Notes: generated from the letters alone by a model not told the origin. DNA of 64,000 nucleotides from Thermoproteota archaeon (GCA_026986575.1 JALSOH010000004.1:160001-224000), one strand, 5' to 3'; shown: positions 18,414-28,553, counted from the stretch's first letter. A program made the numbers and translations.

Positions 18414-19300
18414 GCTAACCCCCTTTCCTTCATCGCTTTCTCCAGTAAGGAAGCTATTTCGAACGGTGTCTTGGCCACTGGCACCCCGGCTTCCCTGAAT
18501 GCCGCTTCCTTGCTCTTCACGGTACCTTGTCCCCCAGTTATTATTGCTCCCGCGTGTCCCATCCTCTTGCCGGGAGGTGCGGTCCTTCCAGCCACGTACG
18601 CCACCACCGGCTTTGGATAGTTCGTCTCCTTTATGTAACGAGCGGCCCTCTCCTCAGCATCCCCTCCGATTTCTCCTACCAAGACAACTGCCTTCGTTTC
18701 TGGATCCTTCTTAAACATCTCCAGCACCTCTATGAAGTTCAGTCCAGTTATCGGATCCCCGCCTATGCCTATGGTCGTGCTTGATCCGTAGCCGTCCTCC
18801 TTGAGTGAGATAGAGATCTCATAGGTTAGTGTTCCGCTCCTCGATACTATCCCGACCGGCCCGGGAGTGAAGGCATCAGCGGGCATTATCCCTATCTTCA
18901 CCCTGCCTGGCGCGATTATACCGGGGCAGTTGGGTCCTATTATTGTGGCTCCCTTGCTTTTCGCGTAACTCACGAACTTGGCCGTGTCATGGACGGGTAT
19001 GCCCTCGGTTATCACCACCACTAGAGGTATTCCGTTATCGACGGCCTCGACGACCGCATCCAAGGCGAAGGGAGCTGGCACGAATATTATGGAGGCGTCT
19101 ATCGATCCTACCTCCTTAATCGCTTCCTCTACCGTGTCGAAGACCGGAACACCGTGCACCTCCGTCCCCGCCTTTCCTGGAGTAACTCCAGCGACCACGT
19201 TCGTTCCATAATCAAGCATGAGCTTCGTGTGGATTGTTCCCTGCCTTCCAGTAATGCCCTGAACGAGCACCTTCATGCCCTCGCGTACCAGTATCGCCAT
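18410..19300 (-). CDS. sucD: Succinyl-CoA synthetase alpha subunit
   Basis: [28 protein letters not shown] phospho-His loop. Confidence 0.95.
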   Translation of the reverse strand: MAILVREGMKVLVQGITGRQGTIHTKLMLDYGTNVVAGVTPGKAGTEVHGVPVFDTVEEAIKEVGSIDASIIFVPAPFALDAVVEAVDNGIPLVVVITEGIPVHDTAKFVSYAKSKGATIIGPNCPGIIAPGRVKIGIMPADAFTPGPVGIVSRSGTLTYEISISLKEDGYGSSTTIGIGGDPITGLNFIEVLEMFKKDPETKAVVLVGEIGGDAEERAARYIKETNYPKPVVAYVAGRTAPPGKRMGHAGAIITGGQGTVKSKEAAFREAGVPVAKTPFEIASLLEKAMKERGLA

Positions 19301-19360
19301 CCGATCACCGGGTCCAATCGGCGGTGTAATGATTAAAATTATCGATGGAAGGATTGCCCT

Positions 19361-20491
19361 ATGAGATTGCTCGAGTACGAGTCAAAGGAGGCGCTTGCTT
19401 CAAAGGGAGTGCCAATCCCCCTGGGTGAAGTCGCCAGAACTCCGGAGGAGGCTGCCGCTATAACCGAGAAGCTGGGTGGTAGGGCTGTTTTGAAGATACA
19501 GATCCCCCACGGGCAGAGGGGAAAGGCCGGAGGGATAAAGGTAGTCAGCTCACCTGAGGAAGCTAGGCAGGTGGCCAGCGAGCTGCTCTCCAAGACGTTC
19601 TACAGCTACAAGCCCGAGTCCTTGCTGGTTGAGGAGCCTATAAAGGTCAAGACCGAGATTTACGTGGGTGCAATTGCCGACAGGAATGCGAGGAGCATGA
19701 CCTTCATCACCACCCCCTATGGGGGAATGGAGGTCGAGGAGATCGCTGCGGAGCATCCCGAGTCCATAGAGAAGAGGTCCGTCCACCCCTTGCTTGGGAT
19801 GGTTCCCTACATTGCCAGGGCTTTGGCCAAGAACGCCTCCATGAACGTGCCTGACAAGCTGAAGGAGATCCAGAAAGTTGTTATGGCCCTATGGGAGGTC
19901 GCCAGGGACTACGATGCCATGATGCTCGAGATAAACCCCCTAGCGGTTACGGAGGACGGCAGGCTACTGGCCCTAGATGCCAGGATAGAGGTGGATGACA
20001 ACGCCCTTTTCAGGCATAAGGAGTTCGAGAAGCGCTACTATGCAGTGGGCAATCCGAGGGAGGCGGAGGCTAAGAAGAAGGGAATAGCCTACGTGGAGCT
20101 TGAGGGTAACGTGGGCACGATGGCCAACGGAGCTGGGCTGGCGATGGCGACGATGGACCTGGTCTACACCTTCGGAGGGAAGCCCGCCAACTTCTGCGAC
20201 GTGGGAGGTGGTGCCTCAGCTGACAGGGTCGCCGAGGCTCTGGAGCTGGTGGTGAGCAATCCCAACGTGAAGGTGGTCCTGATAAACACGCTGTGCGGGA
20301 TAACCAGCTGCGTGGATGTGGCTGAGGGCGTGAGGAAGGTTCACGAGAAGGGCCTCCTCAAAGTGCCCGTGGTGGTCAGGATGTCCGGCAACAGGGCCGA
20401 GGAGGGCAAGAGCATCCTGTCGGAGCTCGGAATAAAGGCGACGGAGAAGGCCGTGGAGGCAGTGAAGCACGCCACCGAGCTGGCCAAGTGA
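19361..20491 (+). CDS. sucC: Succinyl-CoA synthetase beta subunit
   Basis: [41 protein letters not shown]. Confidence 0.93.
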   Translation: MRLLEYESKEALASKGVPIPLGEVARTPEEAAAITEKLGGRAVLKIQIPHGQRGKAGGIKVVSSPEEARQVASELLSKTFYSYKPESLLVEEPIKVKTEIYVGAIADRNARSMTFITTPYGGMEVEEIAAEHPESIEKRSVHPLLGMVPYIARALAKNASMNVPDKLKEIQKVVMALWEVARDYDAMMLEINPLAVTEDGRLLALDARIEVDDNALFRHKEFEKRYYAVGNPREAEAKKKGIAYVELEGNVGTMANGAGLAMATMDLVYTFGGKPANFCDVGGGASADRVAEALELVVSNPNVKVVLINTLCGITSCVDVAEGVRKVHEKGLLKVPVVVRMSGNRAEEGKSILSELGIKATEKAVEAVKHATELAK

Positions 20492-20530
20492 GGGAACTTT
20501 TTTATATCCCTCTAATCCCTATAGGTGGTG

Positions 20531-20604
20531 GGGCCCGTAGCTCAGAATGGTAGAGCGCCCGGCTCTTAACCGGGAGGTCGGGGGTTCGAAGCCCCCCGGG
20601 CCCG
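20531..20604 (+). tRNA. tRNA-Lys(CTT)
   Basis: GGGCCCG stem; CCCGG-CTCTTAA-CCGGG anticodon arm; GTTCGAA T-loop; no encoded CCA. Confidence 0.95.
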
Positions 20605-20636
20605 CTATATCGTCTCAAAATCCTATAATCGGATTG

Positions 20637-22394
20637 CTAGAGGATATACTCCTGAAGAAAGCCATAAAATCTCACTGCAAGGCCTCGTTCTGCTGTTTCA
20701 ACAGCTTTCTGTTTAATTTTCTCCTTAGTAGGTATTTCCTCCGCTAGAAGCGTTTCTACCGTATTTAGCAAGCTTTCTGCAAGCGATTCAAGAAACCGAG
20801 AAAACGAATGTAATGACTCTTGCATAGTGTCAATCACTTCGTGGCGATCTCTGTTATAAAGGGACGATACATCTATATTACATGTGCCCTGAATAATATT
20901 AAAAATAGTCCTGAGGAGCTCTTCCGGCACATAAACTCTAACTGGAGATAATGAAGCTCTATATTCCCTTGTCCTCTTTACTTCCTCCGATATGTGCCAT
21001 CTGATGTCCAATAAAGACCTAGATCTTCTTTCTACCTCGTCGTAAAGCAGAGGCTCCTCTATAATTCCGGAACTCACCAAGGGAATAGTTTCGAGGTCAA
21101 AGATTACTGGTTTTCTGTCTGGGTTTAGAAGCTCGTCCCATTGCATGGGATGTATTCTATTAAGGAGGTGGAGAAGTACTTTGGTTGTCTCTTTTTCTTT
21201 TTCATATATTAATGGAAGCATAGTTACCTTAGACTTTGCAGGATCCCACCCGATATCTTTTGCCGAAATTCTAAAGGGAATCTCGTTGTAGACTTTTCTC
21301 TTCATTATTCTTTCTGCCACTTCTTGTGGAAGAGAGCCGCTACCCCTCATTTCTATCAATAGTTCTTCGTCAGTCATTGTGAGTATCTCTCTTAGATTTC
21401 TATTCTGAAATCTGATCATATTATACACCGCTCTTATGATCAACTCCTGATACGCTCTGTGTATTGGATGAAAGTAAACGCTAGTATACATTAAGTCCCT
21501 AGACCTACTCAAGCTCTCCAGAGCATCCGAATACTTCAGATCTATCCTAAGTCTAACGGTTTCTTCACCATCATCGGTTGGTTCCCTAATAAGCATTACT
21601 CCATTAACTAAAGCCCATATATCTGTGTAACCCGTCTCAACGCCTGTAAATAAGGCATCCCTTCTAAGATAATCCATCCTATCTGCGTCGAAACCGACGC
21701 TGATTATATCGCTAAGAAATTGAAACTCTCGAGCTTGCTCCAGTATACAACCTGATTCAATTAGGCTCTTTGAATTTTTAATTCGTTCCTTCATTTTAGA
21801 GTCTTCCCAAGGATACCTACAACCATTTTGATGATCAGATGGTTTTTGGGGAGACTCGCCTATTGAGATGTTCGCTATATTTAAAGGATCCAAGAGCCAC
21901 CAGAATTTCATTTCTCTATCTATGGCTCTATTACGTAACCTCGTTATGAATTCGTTCACCTCTATCATCTGTGGATCTTTTCCTAATATTATCTCGTAGG
22001 TTCTATACTTATCTTTCAACTCCTCTCCGTAACCAGCCCTCCTTCCAAACATGTCCATAGTATGAGAAAAAGGCCCATGACCGATATCATGGAATATAGC
22101 ACTTATCTCAGCAGCTAATCTTGCGATAGATGGTATATTATTGTCTCTGCTGGGCCTTTCTTCAAGTACATCTAGTATCCTGCTCGTTAAGTAGAACACT
22201 CCAAGGGTGTGAGCGAATCTTGTATGGGTTGCTCCTGGGTAGACTAGGTCCACCGTTGCTAACTGTTTTATCCTACGTAATCTTTGGACCGGCCATAAGT
22301 CAAAGGCCCTCCTATGGAGAGAGGAAGATGGTACAAAACCATATAGGGGGTCATAGAATGTACCTATCTCATACGCGCTCGACATATGTCCCAT
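20637..22394 (-). CDS. HD-domain dNTP triphosphohydrolase-like protein (SAMHD1/YwfO type)
   Basis: QRLRRIKQL..VYPGATHTRFAHTLGV, HDIGHGPFSH, DADRMDYLRRD, VYFHP. Confidence 0.9.
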   Translation of the reverse strand: MGHMSSAYEIGTFYDPLYGFVPSSSLHRRAFDLWPVQRLRRIKQLATVDLVYPGATHTRFAHTLGVFYLTSRILDVLEERPSRDNNIPSIARLAAEISAIFHDIGHGPFSHTMDMFGRRAGYGEELKDKYRTYEIILGKDPQMIEVNEFITRLRNRAIDREMKFWWLLDPLNIANISIGESPQKPSDHQNGCRYPWEDSKMKERIKNSKSLIESGCILEQAREFQFLSDIISVGFDADRMDYLRRDALFTGVETGYTDIWALVNGVMLIREPTDDGEETVRLRIDLKYSDALESLSRSRDLMYTSVYFHPIHRAYQELIIRAVYNMIRFQNRNLREILTMTDEELLIEMRGSGSLPQEVAERIMKRKVYNEIPFRISAKDIGWDPAKSKVTMLPLIYEKEKETTKVLLHLLNRIHPMQWDELLNPDRKPVIFDLETIPLVSSGIIEEPLLYDEVERRSRSLLDIRWHISEEVKRTREYRASLSPVRVYVPEELLRTIFNIIQGTCNIDVSSLYNRDRHEVIDTMQESLHSFSRFLESLAESLLNTVETLLAEEIPTKEKIKQKAVETAERGLAVRFYGFLQEYIL

Positions 22395-22427
22395 CTCACA
22401 GAAAAACGTCGAAAGTCGGAGTGCACC

Positions 22428-22925
22428 TCATGGCCTAGTGGATAGGAGGATATGTAATGCTTGTCTAGCGGTGCTTCTCAGGGATCTTAACGTTTCTGTC
22501 TCATTTAATGAGCCTATCTCATTAAAGAGCCCTTCAGCGAATTCCTTAGTCTCCTTATAAAGGTCCTCAGCTTGCCTAAGCTCTTTACGGAAAATCTCTA
22601 TAACCAGCCAACCTCTATCCGTTGGTGTTATGGGGCTTCCCCAAGTCAGCAATTCGGCTGATCTAAGGTTCCTTAGATCTTGATCTAAAAGTCTACTGTG
22701 AAGGGCTGTAGAGAAAGAATAGTCGAGTGGTACACCTCTGGACTTAGCGATTAGTGCTATATAATGTGCTGTGTTTATGGTAAACATCTCTTTCATACGT
22801 GTTTCGTTTACGCCTCCGGAGAATAGAAGGAATTTCTCTCTTCGTGGTATGAAACCCTTAGGGAGCGCTTCTATGAACTCTCTTATAACTTCCTCCAGAT
22901 GGGGCACGTTCCCACCTATACTCAT
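22428..22925 (-). CDS. Winged-helix protein, YwgA/Panacea(SocA)-like
   Basis: YSFSTALHSRLLDQDLRNLRSAELL...TPTDRG resembles the YxF..S..L..DL..L and wing motifs; upstream of the HD gene. Confidence 0.5.
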   Translation of the reverse strand: MSIGGNVPHLEEVIREFIEALPKGFIPRREKFLLFSGGVNETRMKEMFTINTAHYIALIAKSRGVPLDYSFSTALHSRLLDQDLRNLRSAELLTWGSPITPTDRGWLVIEIFRKELRQAEDLYKETKEFAEGLFNEIGSLNETETLRSLRSTARQALHILLSTRP

Positions 22926-23029
22926 ATATGTGCTATGGGACCCAAAGTAATAATAAAAAGTTAGGTTAACCCTAACCCTCAGTTGTTGTTAAAGAATAGA
23001 TCTTCGATCTATTAAGAAATTATGTTTTA

Positions 23030-23105
23030 TGGTAGCCCCGCCCGGATTCGAACCGGGGTCTCCGGGTCCAGAGCCCGGCGTGCTTGGCCGCTACACCACG
23101 GGGCT
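23030..23105 (-). tRNA. tRNA-Gln(CTG), CCA encoded
   Basis: AGCCCCG stem; CCGGG-CTCTGGA-CCCGG anticodon arm; GTTCGAAT T-loop. Confidence 0.95.
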
Positions 23106-23267
23106 CCGAGGTGATCATCGTCATGATACGTTCATAAGCTTTGCGGTGAAGTCCTCGCTGTCCCCTAGAAAGACCAACTACATCACTGATCTGCTGAGGA
23201 TTTATTTTATGTGTATCGGGCACGAACACGTAACTTTTTGAGCATTTAAGATGAGAGTATCCAACTA

Positions 23268-23600
23268 ATGGAGCGTCCAACTGGCAGAGTCCCTCGTCGA
23301 GGTGTACAATCTGATCAAGAGTCATGGCAGGGGTGACGGCGCTCAGAGAACTCTCCTTTGAGGTGCAAGAGGGGGAAATTTGCGGACTCTTAGGACCTAA
23401 TGGCGCGGGTAAGACCACGACCCTCAAGATGCTGGTGGGTCTGCTCACTCCCCGAGGTAGTAGGGCGCACATAACTGGGACATGACATCGTGCGTGAGAG
23501 AGTGGCCGCCCTGAAGTACGTGGGTTACATACAGAGAATCCCGTCCTCTTCAGAAATATAACAGTGAGAGAATTTTTGGAAATGATCGCGAGTGGTAACT
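23268..23600 (+). pseudogene. ABC exporter ATPase remnant
   Basis: [34 protein letters not shown] Walker A; several frameshifts; truncated after VREFLEMIA. Confidence 0.8.
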
Positions 23601-23754
23601 TGGTGGCCTTAGTGTCCTACCCGCGATAGCTCTGATAGGAGATTACCGAGCTGGGTACTCGGGATGTCCGGTGATCCTAAGTTTCTGAAATCGGTAGGTG
23701 CGATGATCATCTTCATCCTCGCTCCCTCCATCATGACATCGATTTGGAGATTGT

Positions 23755-24264
23755 GTGGGTGGTAGGTCTGTGAATCTACCGCGTCTACTCGATAGAGATG
23801 AGGCCTTTCGGGGAGCTCTCATTCTCAAGTACTTCTATAGGATGACGGTCCCTCTGGCTGTATTGTCGGCATTCATCTTCGGCTTTACGAGGAGTCCAGT
23901 ATCCTTACGGCTCCTCTGTGTCTTCTCGCCCGTCGCGATCGTAGCTGTCTTTATGACGACTCTTCCTATAGTCTACTTCCTCCCTAGGAGGAGGGTGTGG
24001 AGGGTTGTCAGGTAGAACCCCCCTGGCTATTACTCGTTGGATTGGCTGGTGACGATCTTGGCGATCGCATCGATCTCGATGGTAGTCATAGGCTTCTTCT
24101 TAGCTATCTACTTCACCATCGTCAGCTGGGAGATTATACTGCTGGCCTCCGCCTCCTCTCCCTTAATGTCAGCGTTCCTGATAAGGTTCCTAGGGGGATC
24201 AGTTGGGCGATATGCTCTATTTCGCGGACCTAGCAGGTTAGCTTCTGGAGGTCTTCTCCTTTAG
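23755..24264 (+). pseudogene. Fragmented membrane protein, possibly an ABC permease remnant
   Basis: Two consecutive same-frame hydrophobic ORFs (23755-24015 and 24037-24264) after the ABC ATPase remnant. Confidence 0.4.
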
Positions 24265-24981
24265 GGATCTTACTTTCTCCTCTACGTTGCCGCCTTCCTC
24301 TATATGAGTTCCCACCACCACTATGTCGGCGCCTGCCCTGACTCTCTCCTCCACCTGGTAGGGGGACTTTAACCCCCCTCCCACTATTATCCTGAGTCCC
24401 GTCCTCGCTCGAACTGTAGCCACCATCTCGACTGGAACTGGCTCCTCAGCACCGCTACCCGCCTCGAGATACACCCACCTCATGCCCAACAGCTCAGCCG
24501 CCATGGCATAGGCCAGCACTATCTCCGGCTTCTTCCTAGGAATGGGATTCACCCATCCGACCCATCCCGCAGCGCTAGTGTGTCCGGGTTCGACTATGAG
24601 GTATGCGGTGGGCATGACCTCTATTCCCAGTCTCTTGACGACCGGCGCCGCCAAGGCTTGGGCCTGGATTATCCAGTAGGGGTTGGACGAGTTCAGGAGG
24701 GACATGAAGAGTATCGCGTCGGCGTAGGGGGAGACCCCGTCCACGTTACCAGGGAAGAGTATCACAGGGAGGTCGGATCCCTCCTTGGCTCCCAGTATGG
24801 TATCATTGAGCCCGAAGGCCGCGCCAACCGAGCCACCAACGAATATGAGATCGGCCCCACCTCTCTCGGCCTGGGAGGCTATTAGACGCGCCTGATCCCT
24901 ATTGAGGTTTGCGGGATCCAATAGCACGGCGAGAAGGGCCTCCTCCCTTGACTTCTCCCTTATCCTATCCTCTATGGACAT
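24238..24981 (-). CDS. Geranylgeranylglyceryl phosphate synthase
   Basis: LLDP, FVGGS, LPVILFPG, SLLNS, YLEAGSGA, IVGGG. Confidence 0.95.
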   Translation of the reverse strand: MSIEDRIREKSREEALLAVLLDPANLNRDQARLIASQAERGGADLIFVGGSVGAAFGLNDTILGAKEGSDLPVILFPGNVDGVSPYADAILFMSLLNSSNPYWIIQAQALAAPVVKRLGIEVMPTAYLIVEPGHTSAAGWVGWVNPIPRKKPEIVLAYAMAAELLGMRWVYLEAGSGAEEPVPVEMVATVRARTGLRIIVGGGLKSPYQVEERVRAGADIVVVGTHIEEGGNVEEKVRSLKEKTSRS

Positions 24982-25019
24982 CTCTCTTTGGGAGGGAGGA
25001 GACAATATAAGGAGGGGTG

Positions 25020-25370
25020 TTAGCCATCTGTCCTTAGCTCAGCCAACCTAGCCAGCCTGGCAGATAGATCTTTGAGCCTCTTCCTGCTATCCGCATCCAA
25101 ATCCATGCGCTCCAGCTCAGAGACTATGCTCTCCAGGTAGTCCAGCAACCTCTGGTGGCCCTCTCCAACCAGACCACGGAGCTGGAAGCCCTGAAGGGGA
25201 GTCACCCTAGAGTAGAGCTTCGGGCCCAAGTAGCACCTCCTCTTCCTCCACCTGCCTCCCTCCTTGTACATGTGAACCGCGTAGAAGTACACCTGCTTGG
25301 ATCCCTTGACTGTCCTTCTCTCGATGTAGCTGTAGGGCTGACCGCAGCGTGGACATACCTTCTCGCTCAT
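25020..25370 (-). CDS. Zn-finger DNA-binding protein resembling the SSV1 D-335 integrase N-terminal domain
   Basis: CPRCG...YFYAVH...RCYLGP followed by a coiled-coil C-terminus. Confidence 0.55.
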   Translation of the reverse strand: MSEKVCPRCGQPYSYIERRTVKGSKQVYFYAVHMYKEGGRWRKRRCYLGPKLYSRVTPLQGFQLRGLVGEGHQRLLDYLESIVSELERMDLDADSRKRLKDLSARLARLAELRTDG

Positions 25371-25372
25371 TA

Positions 25373-25421
25373 CCCACAAATTTATGGGTAAAAATATAAC
25401 CTTTGCCCCTAAATTTATGGG
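25373..25421. promoter_or_regulatory. Two near-perfect 16-bp palindromes (consensus CCCATAAATTTATGGG) flanking a TATA element
   Basis: CCCACAAATTTATGGG at 25373-25388 and CCCCTAAATTTATGGG at 25406-25421. Confidence 0.6.
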
Positions 25422-25442
25422 AGACTGGAGGCGAGTGACCTG

Positions 25443-25997
25443 ATGAAGAGAGGAATCAGGATACTCGCTATGGACGATGCTCCCTTCAATAAATGGTCGG
25501 ATGAGAAAGCATTCCTCGTCGGGCTTCTCTTTAGAGAGTTAACTCTTGAGGTGGCCTTGAGGGAGATTGTGAGCGTCGATGGCGATGACTCGACCTCAGC
25601 CCTTATCAGGATGGTGAGGCATCCAAAGGTAAGAGAGGAGGTGAAGGTGGTCTTCACTCACGGGACGACGTTCGCGGGCCTCAACCTGCTCAATATGCGA
25701 TCCTTCTACGAGGAGACCGGCGTGCCGGTGATAGCCGTCACCTCAAAGGAACCTACTGATGAGATAAGGGATGCGCTCAGGGCCGCAAAGCAGGAATGGA
25801 AGGAGGAGATTCTAGGGAGGAACCCGCCCTATAAGGCGCTCGAGACCCCACATGGAACCTGCTACTACTCCCACCTTGGATTGGGAAGGGATGAGGTTGA
25901 AGAGTTGCTGAGGAGGTACTCCATAGAGTCCAAGCTACCTGAGCAGCTTAGAGTGACTGACCTAGTAGCGAGGCTGCTCGAGGGCCTTGCCCCCTAA
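25443..25997 (+). CDS. DUF99 / endonuclease V-like protein
   Basis: RILAMDDAPF, VDGDDST, GTTFAGLN, KLPEQLRV. Confidence 0.88.
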   Translation: MKRGIRILAMDDAPFNKWSDEKAFLVGLLFRELTLEVALREIVSVDGDDSTSALIRMVRHPKVREEVKVVFTHGTTFAGLNLLNMRSFYEETGVPVIAVTSKEPTDEIRDALRAAKQEWKEEILGRNPPYKALETPHGTCYYSHLGLGRDEVEELLRRYSIESKLPEQLRVTDLVARLLEGLAP

Positions 25998-26052
25998 ACT
26001 ATTTATTGACGGAGGGGATCATCAGGAGAGCTGAAGGAAAGGAGGGATCCCT

Positions 26053-28386
26053 TTGTCTAGACGAGAGCCCAGACTCAAGGAAAAGCACTGGTCTCCCGAT
26101 ATGGAGCTCGAGATGCAGAAGGTGTGGGAGGAGGAGGACACTTATCGCTTCAATCCGGACTCTGATAGGCCTCTCTTCTCAATAGATACGCCCCCTCCCT
26201 ACGCTAGCGGTAAGTGGCACATAGCTGCGGCCATCCATTATTCTCAGATCGACATGATCGCGAGGACCCAGAGGATGAGGGGTTACGAGGTCTACTTCCC
26301 CTTCGGGGTGGACAGGAACGGCCTCCCGGTTGAGGTGGAGACTGAGAAGAGGTACGAGATCAAGATGTTCGAATATCCTAGAGAGGAGTTCCTCAGGCTG
26401 TGTAGGGAGTTCTTGGATGAAGCTGAGCAGGACATCCTCTCGATAGTCAAGAGGCTGGGTATTAGCGCAGACACCAAGAACTACTTCCAGACTGATAGTG
26501 AGAAGTGGAGGGCTGTGACTCAAGCCACCTTTATCGATGCCTGGAATAAGGGGTACATCTACGAGGACTACAGGCCGAACATATACTGCCCGAGGTGCAG
26601 GACCACTCTAGCAGATGCGGAGGTCGAGTACAAGGAGCTCCCCACCAGACTCGTGTACCTCAAGTTCAAGGTGGAGGGGAGTGAAGAGGAGGTGGTCGTG
26701 GCCACTACCAGGCCGGAGCTCCTCCCAGCATGTAAGGCGGTCATATACAATCCCGACGATGAGAGGTACAAGTGGCTGAGGGGGAAGAGGGTGGTCACGC
26801 CCCTAGGGGATGCCATACCCGTTATGGAACACCCGTATGCCGATCCCGAGTTCGGGACCGGCTTGGTGATGATATGTTCCTATGGTGACAAGATGGATGT
26901 CCAACTCTTCAGGGAGCTCGGTCTGGAGCCGAAAATAGTGGTCAATGAGGACGGCGCCCTCAATGAGAACGCTGGGGAGTACGCGGGCCTCACCATACAG
27001 GAGGCGAGGGAGAGGATAATAAGGGATTTAGAGCGGAAGGGGTTTGTTGAGAGGATCGAGACCATCATGCACAGGACTCCCGTGTGCTGGCGCTGCAAGA
27101 CTCCTCTGGAGATAGTCCCGATGAGGGAGTACTACCTAAAGCAGGTTGATCTGATTCATGAACTCGAGGAATACCTTGATGTGGTGAGATTCTACCCGGA
27201 GTGGGCGTCCAACTACTGGAGGGACTGGTTGAAGTCCGTGAGTTCCGACTGGCCCATATCCAGGAGGAGGTACTACGCCACGGAGATACCGGTATGGTAC
27301 TGCAAGAGCTGCGGAAAGCCCGTGTTACCGCCTCCCGGCAAGTACTACCAGCCTTGGAAGGAGGATCCGCCCTACGACAAGTGCCCGCACTGTGGTTCAA
27401 CGGCTGGCTTCGAGGGGGAGAAGAGGGTCTTCGATACGTGGATGGACTCCTCCATCTCGCCCCTAGTCTACAACGGATTCGGTTGGGACGACGAGTTCTT
27501 CAGTAAGCTAGGATCGAGCGATTTGAGGCCTCAGGGCAAGGACATAGTGAGAACTTGGCTCCATTACACCTTCCTGAGGGTGCATCAGGTGCTCGGGAAG
27601 CCAGCCTTCAAGCACGTCTGGATATCGGGGATGGGGCTGGATGCGAAAGGCAGGGCTATGCACAAGAGCTTGGGTAACATAATATACCCGTGGCCCTTGT
27701 TTGAGAAGTACGGGGCCGATGCTGTGAGGTTCTTCGGTGCGGCAGAGGCGCATCACGGTTCCGACTTCAGGATATCTGAGAGGAAGATAGAGGGCGCCTA
27801 TAAGTTCCTGCAGAAACTGTGGAACGTGGCCAGGTTCATCTCACAATTCGAGGAACCCAAGGGGATGCCTGAGCTGGAACCCTCTGATCTCTGGATACTG
27901 GGGGAGCTGAACAAGTCTATAAGGAGGGCCCTGTCGGGTTATGAGAGGTTCGACTTCTTTGACCCGGCTAACGAGGTCAGGATCTTCATCTGGGATGTGT
28001 TCGCCCCCCACTACATAGAGCTCGTCAAGGGAAGGGCCTACGGTGATTGTGTAGATGAAGGGAAGTCGGCGGCAGCGAGGTGGACCCTCCACTACGTCCT
28101 GAGGGCCGTACTTAGATTAGCGGCTCCCGTCATCCCCCACATCACTGACTACATATGGAGGAGCATCTACGGAGGAACGGTCCACAGGGAGCTCTTTCCC
28201 GAGGTAAGGGAGGAGTGGGACACGGAGTACTTGGAGCTCGGAAGGAAAGTGATGGAATTCAACAGCCTAGTCTGGAAGACCAAGAAAGAAAGGGGCATGA
28301 GGATGAAGGATCCGATAGAGATGAAGATCCCTGAGGACCTCAAGCCCTTCGAGGAGGATCTGAGAAAACTTCACAACATAAAGTAA
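26053..28386 (+). CDS. valS: Valine--tRNA ligase
   Basis: DTPPPYASG, ATTRPEL, DWPISRRR, DTWMDSS, RPQGKDIVRTW, AMHKSLGN. Confidence 0.95.
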   Translation: MSRREPRLKEKHWSPDMELEMQKVWEEEDTYRFNPDSDRPLFSIDTPPPYASGKWHIAAAIHYSQIDMIARTQRMRGYEVYFPFGVDRNGLPVEVETEKRYEIKMFEYPREEFLRLCREFLDEAEQDILSIVKRLGISADTKNYFQTDSEKWRAVTQATFIDAWNKGYIYEDYRPNIYCPRCRTTLADAEVEYKELPTRLVYLKFKVEGSEEEVVVATTRPELLPACKAVIYNPDDERYKWLRGKRVVTPLGDAIPVMEHPYADPEFGTGLVMICSYGDKMDVQLFRELGLEPKIVVNEDGALNENAGEYAGLTIQEARERIIRDLERKGFVERIETIMHRTPVCWRCKTPLEIVPMREYYLKQVDLIHELEEYLDVVRFYPEWASNYWRDWLKSVSSDWPISRRRYYATEIPVWYCKSCGKPVLPPPGKYYQPWKEDPPYDKCPHCGSTAGFEGEKRVFDTWMDSSISPLVYNGFGWDDEFFSKLGSSDLRPQGKDIVRTWLHYTFLRVHQVLGKPAFKHVWISGMGLDAKGRAMHKSLGNIIYPWPLFEKYGADAVRFFGAAEAHHGSDFRISERKIEGAYKFLQKLWNVARFISQFEEPKGMPELEPSDLWILGELNKSIRRALSGYERFDFFDPANEVRIFIWDVFAPHYIELVKGRAYGDCVDEGKSAAARWTLHYVLRAVLRLAAPVIPHITDYIWRSIYGGTVHRELFPEVREEWDTEYLELGRKVMEFNSLVWKTKKERGMRMKDPIEMKIPEDLKPFEEDLRKLHNIK

Positions 28387-28387
28387 G

Positions 28388-28497
28388 TGGCGCCGGGGGT
28401 GGGATTCGAACCCACGAGGCCCGTGAGGGCCACCGGATCTCGAGTCCGGCCCCTTGCTTCGCCGGGCGCCTGGGCCCTCTGGCTAGGGTACCCCGGC
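28388..28497 (-). tRNA. tRNA-Ser(CGA) with a 21-nt D-loop intron (28458-28478)
   Basis: GCCGGGG stem; CCGGA-CTCGAGA-TCCGG anticodon arm; long variable arm; CCA; BHB-like intron in the D-loop. Confidence 0.9.
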
Positions 28498-28553
28498 ACT
28501 ACCCCGCCACTTTCTCCCTGATCTCTGGGGCTATAAATGTTGGGGGTGATAAG

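Noticed and set aside
20547-20747. ORFs overlapping tRNA genes (also 23020-23472, 23029-23241, 62494-62790, 62498-62938, 17712-17903)
   Set aside because: Translations of tRNA sequence or antisense shadows with no protein features, unlike the 16711-17778 case
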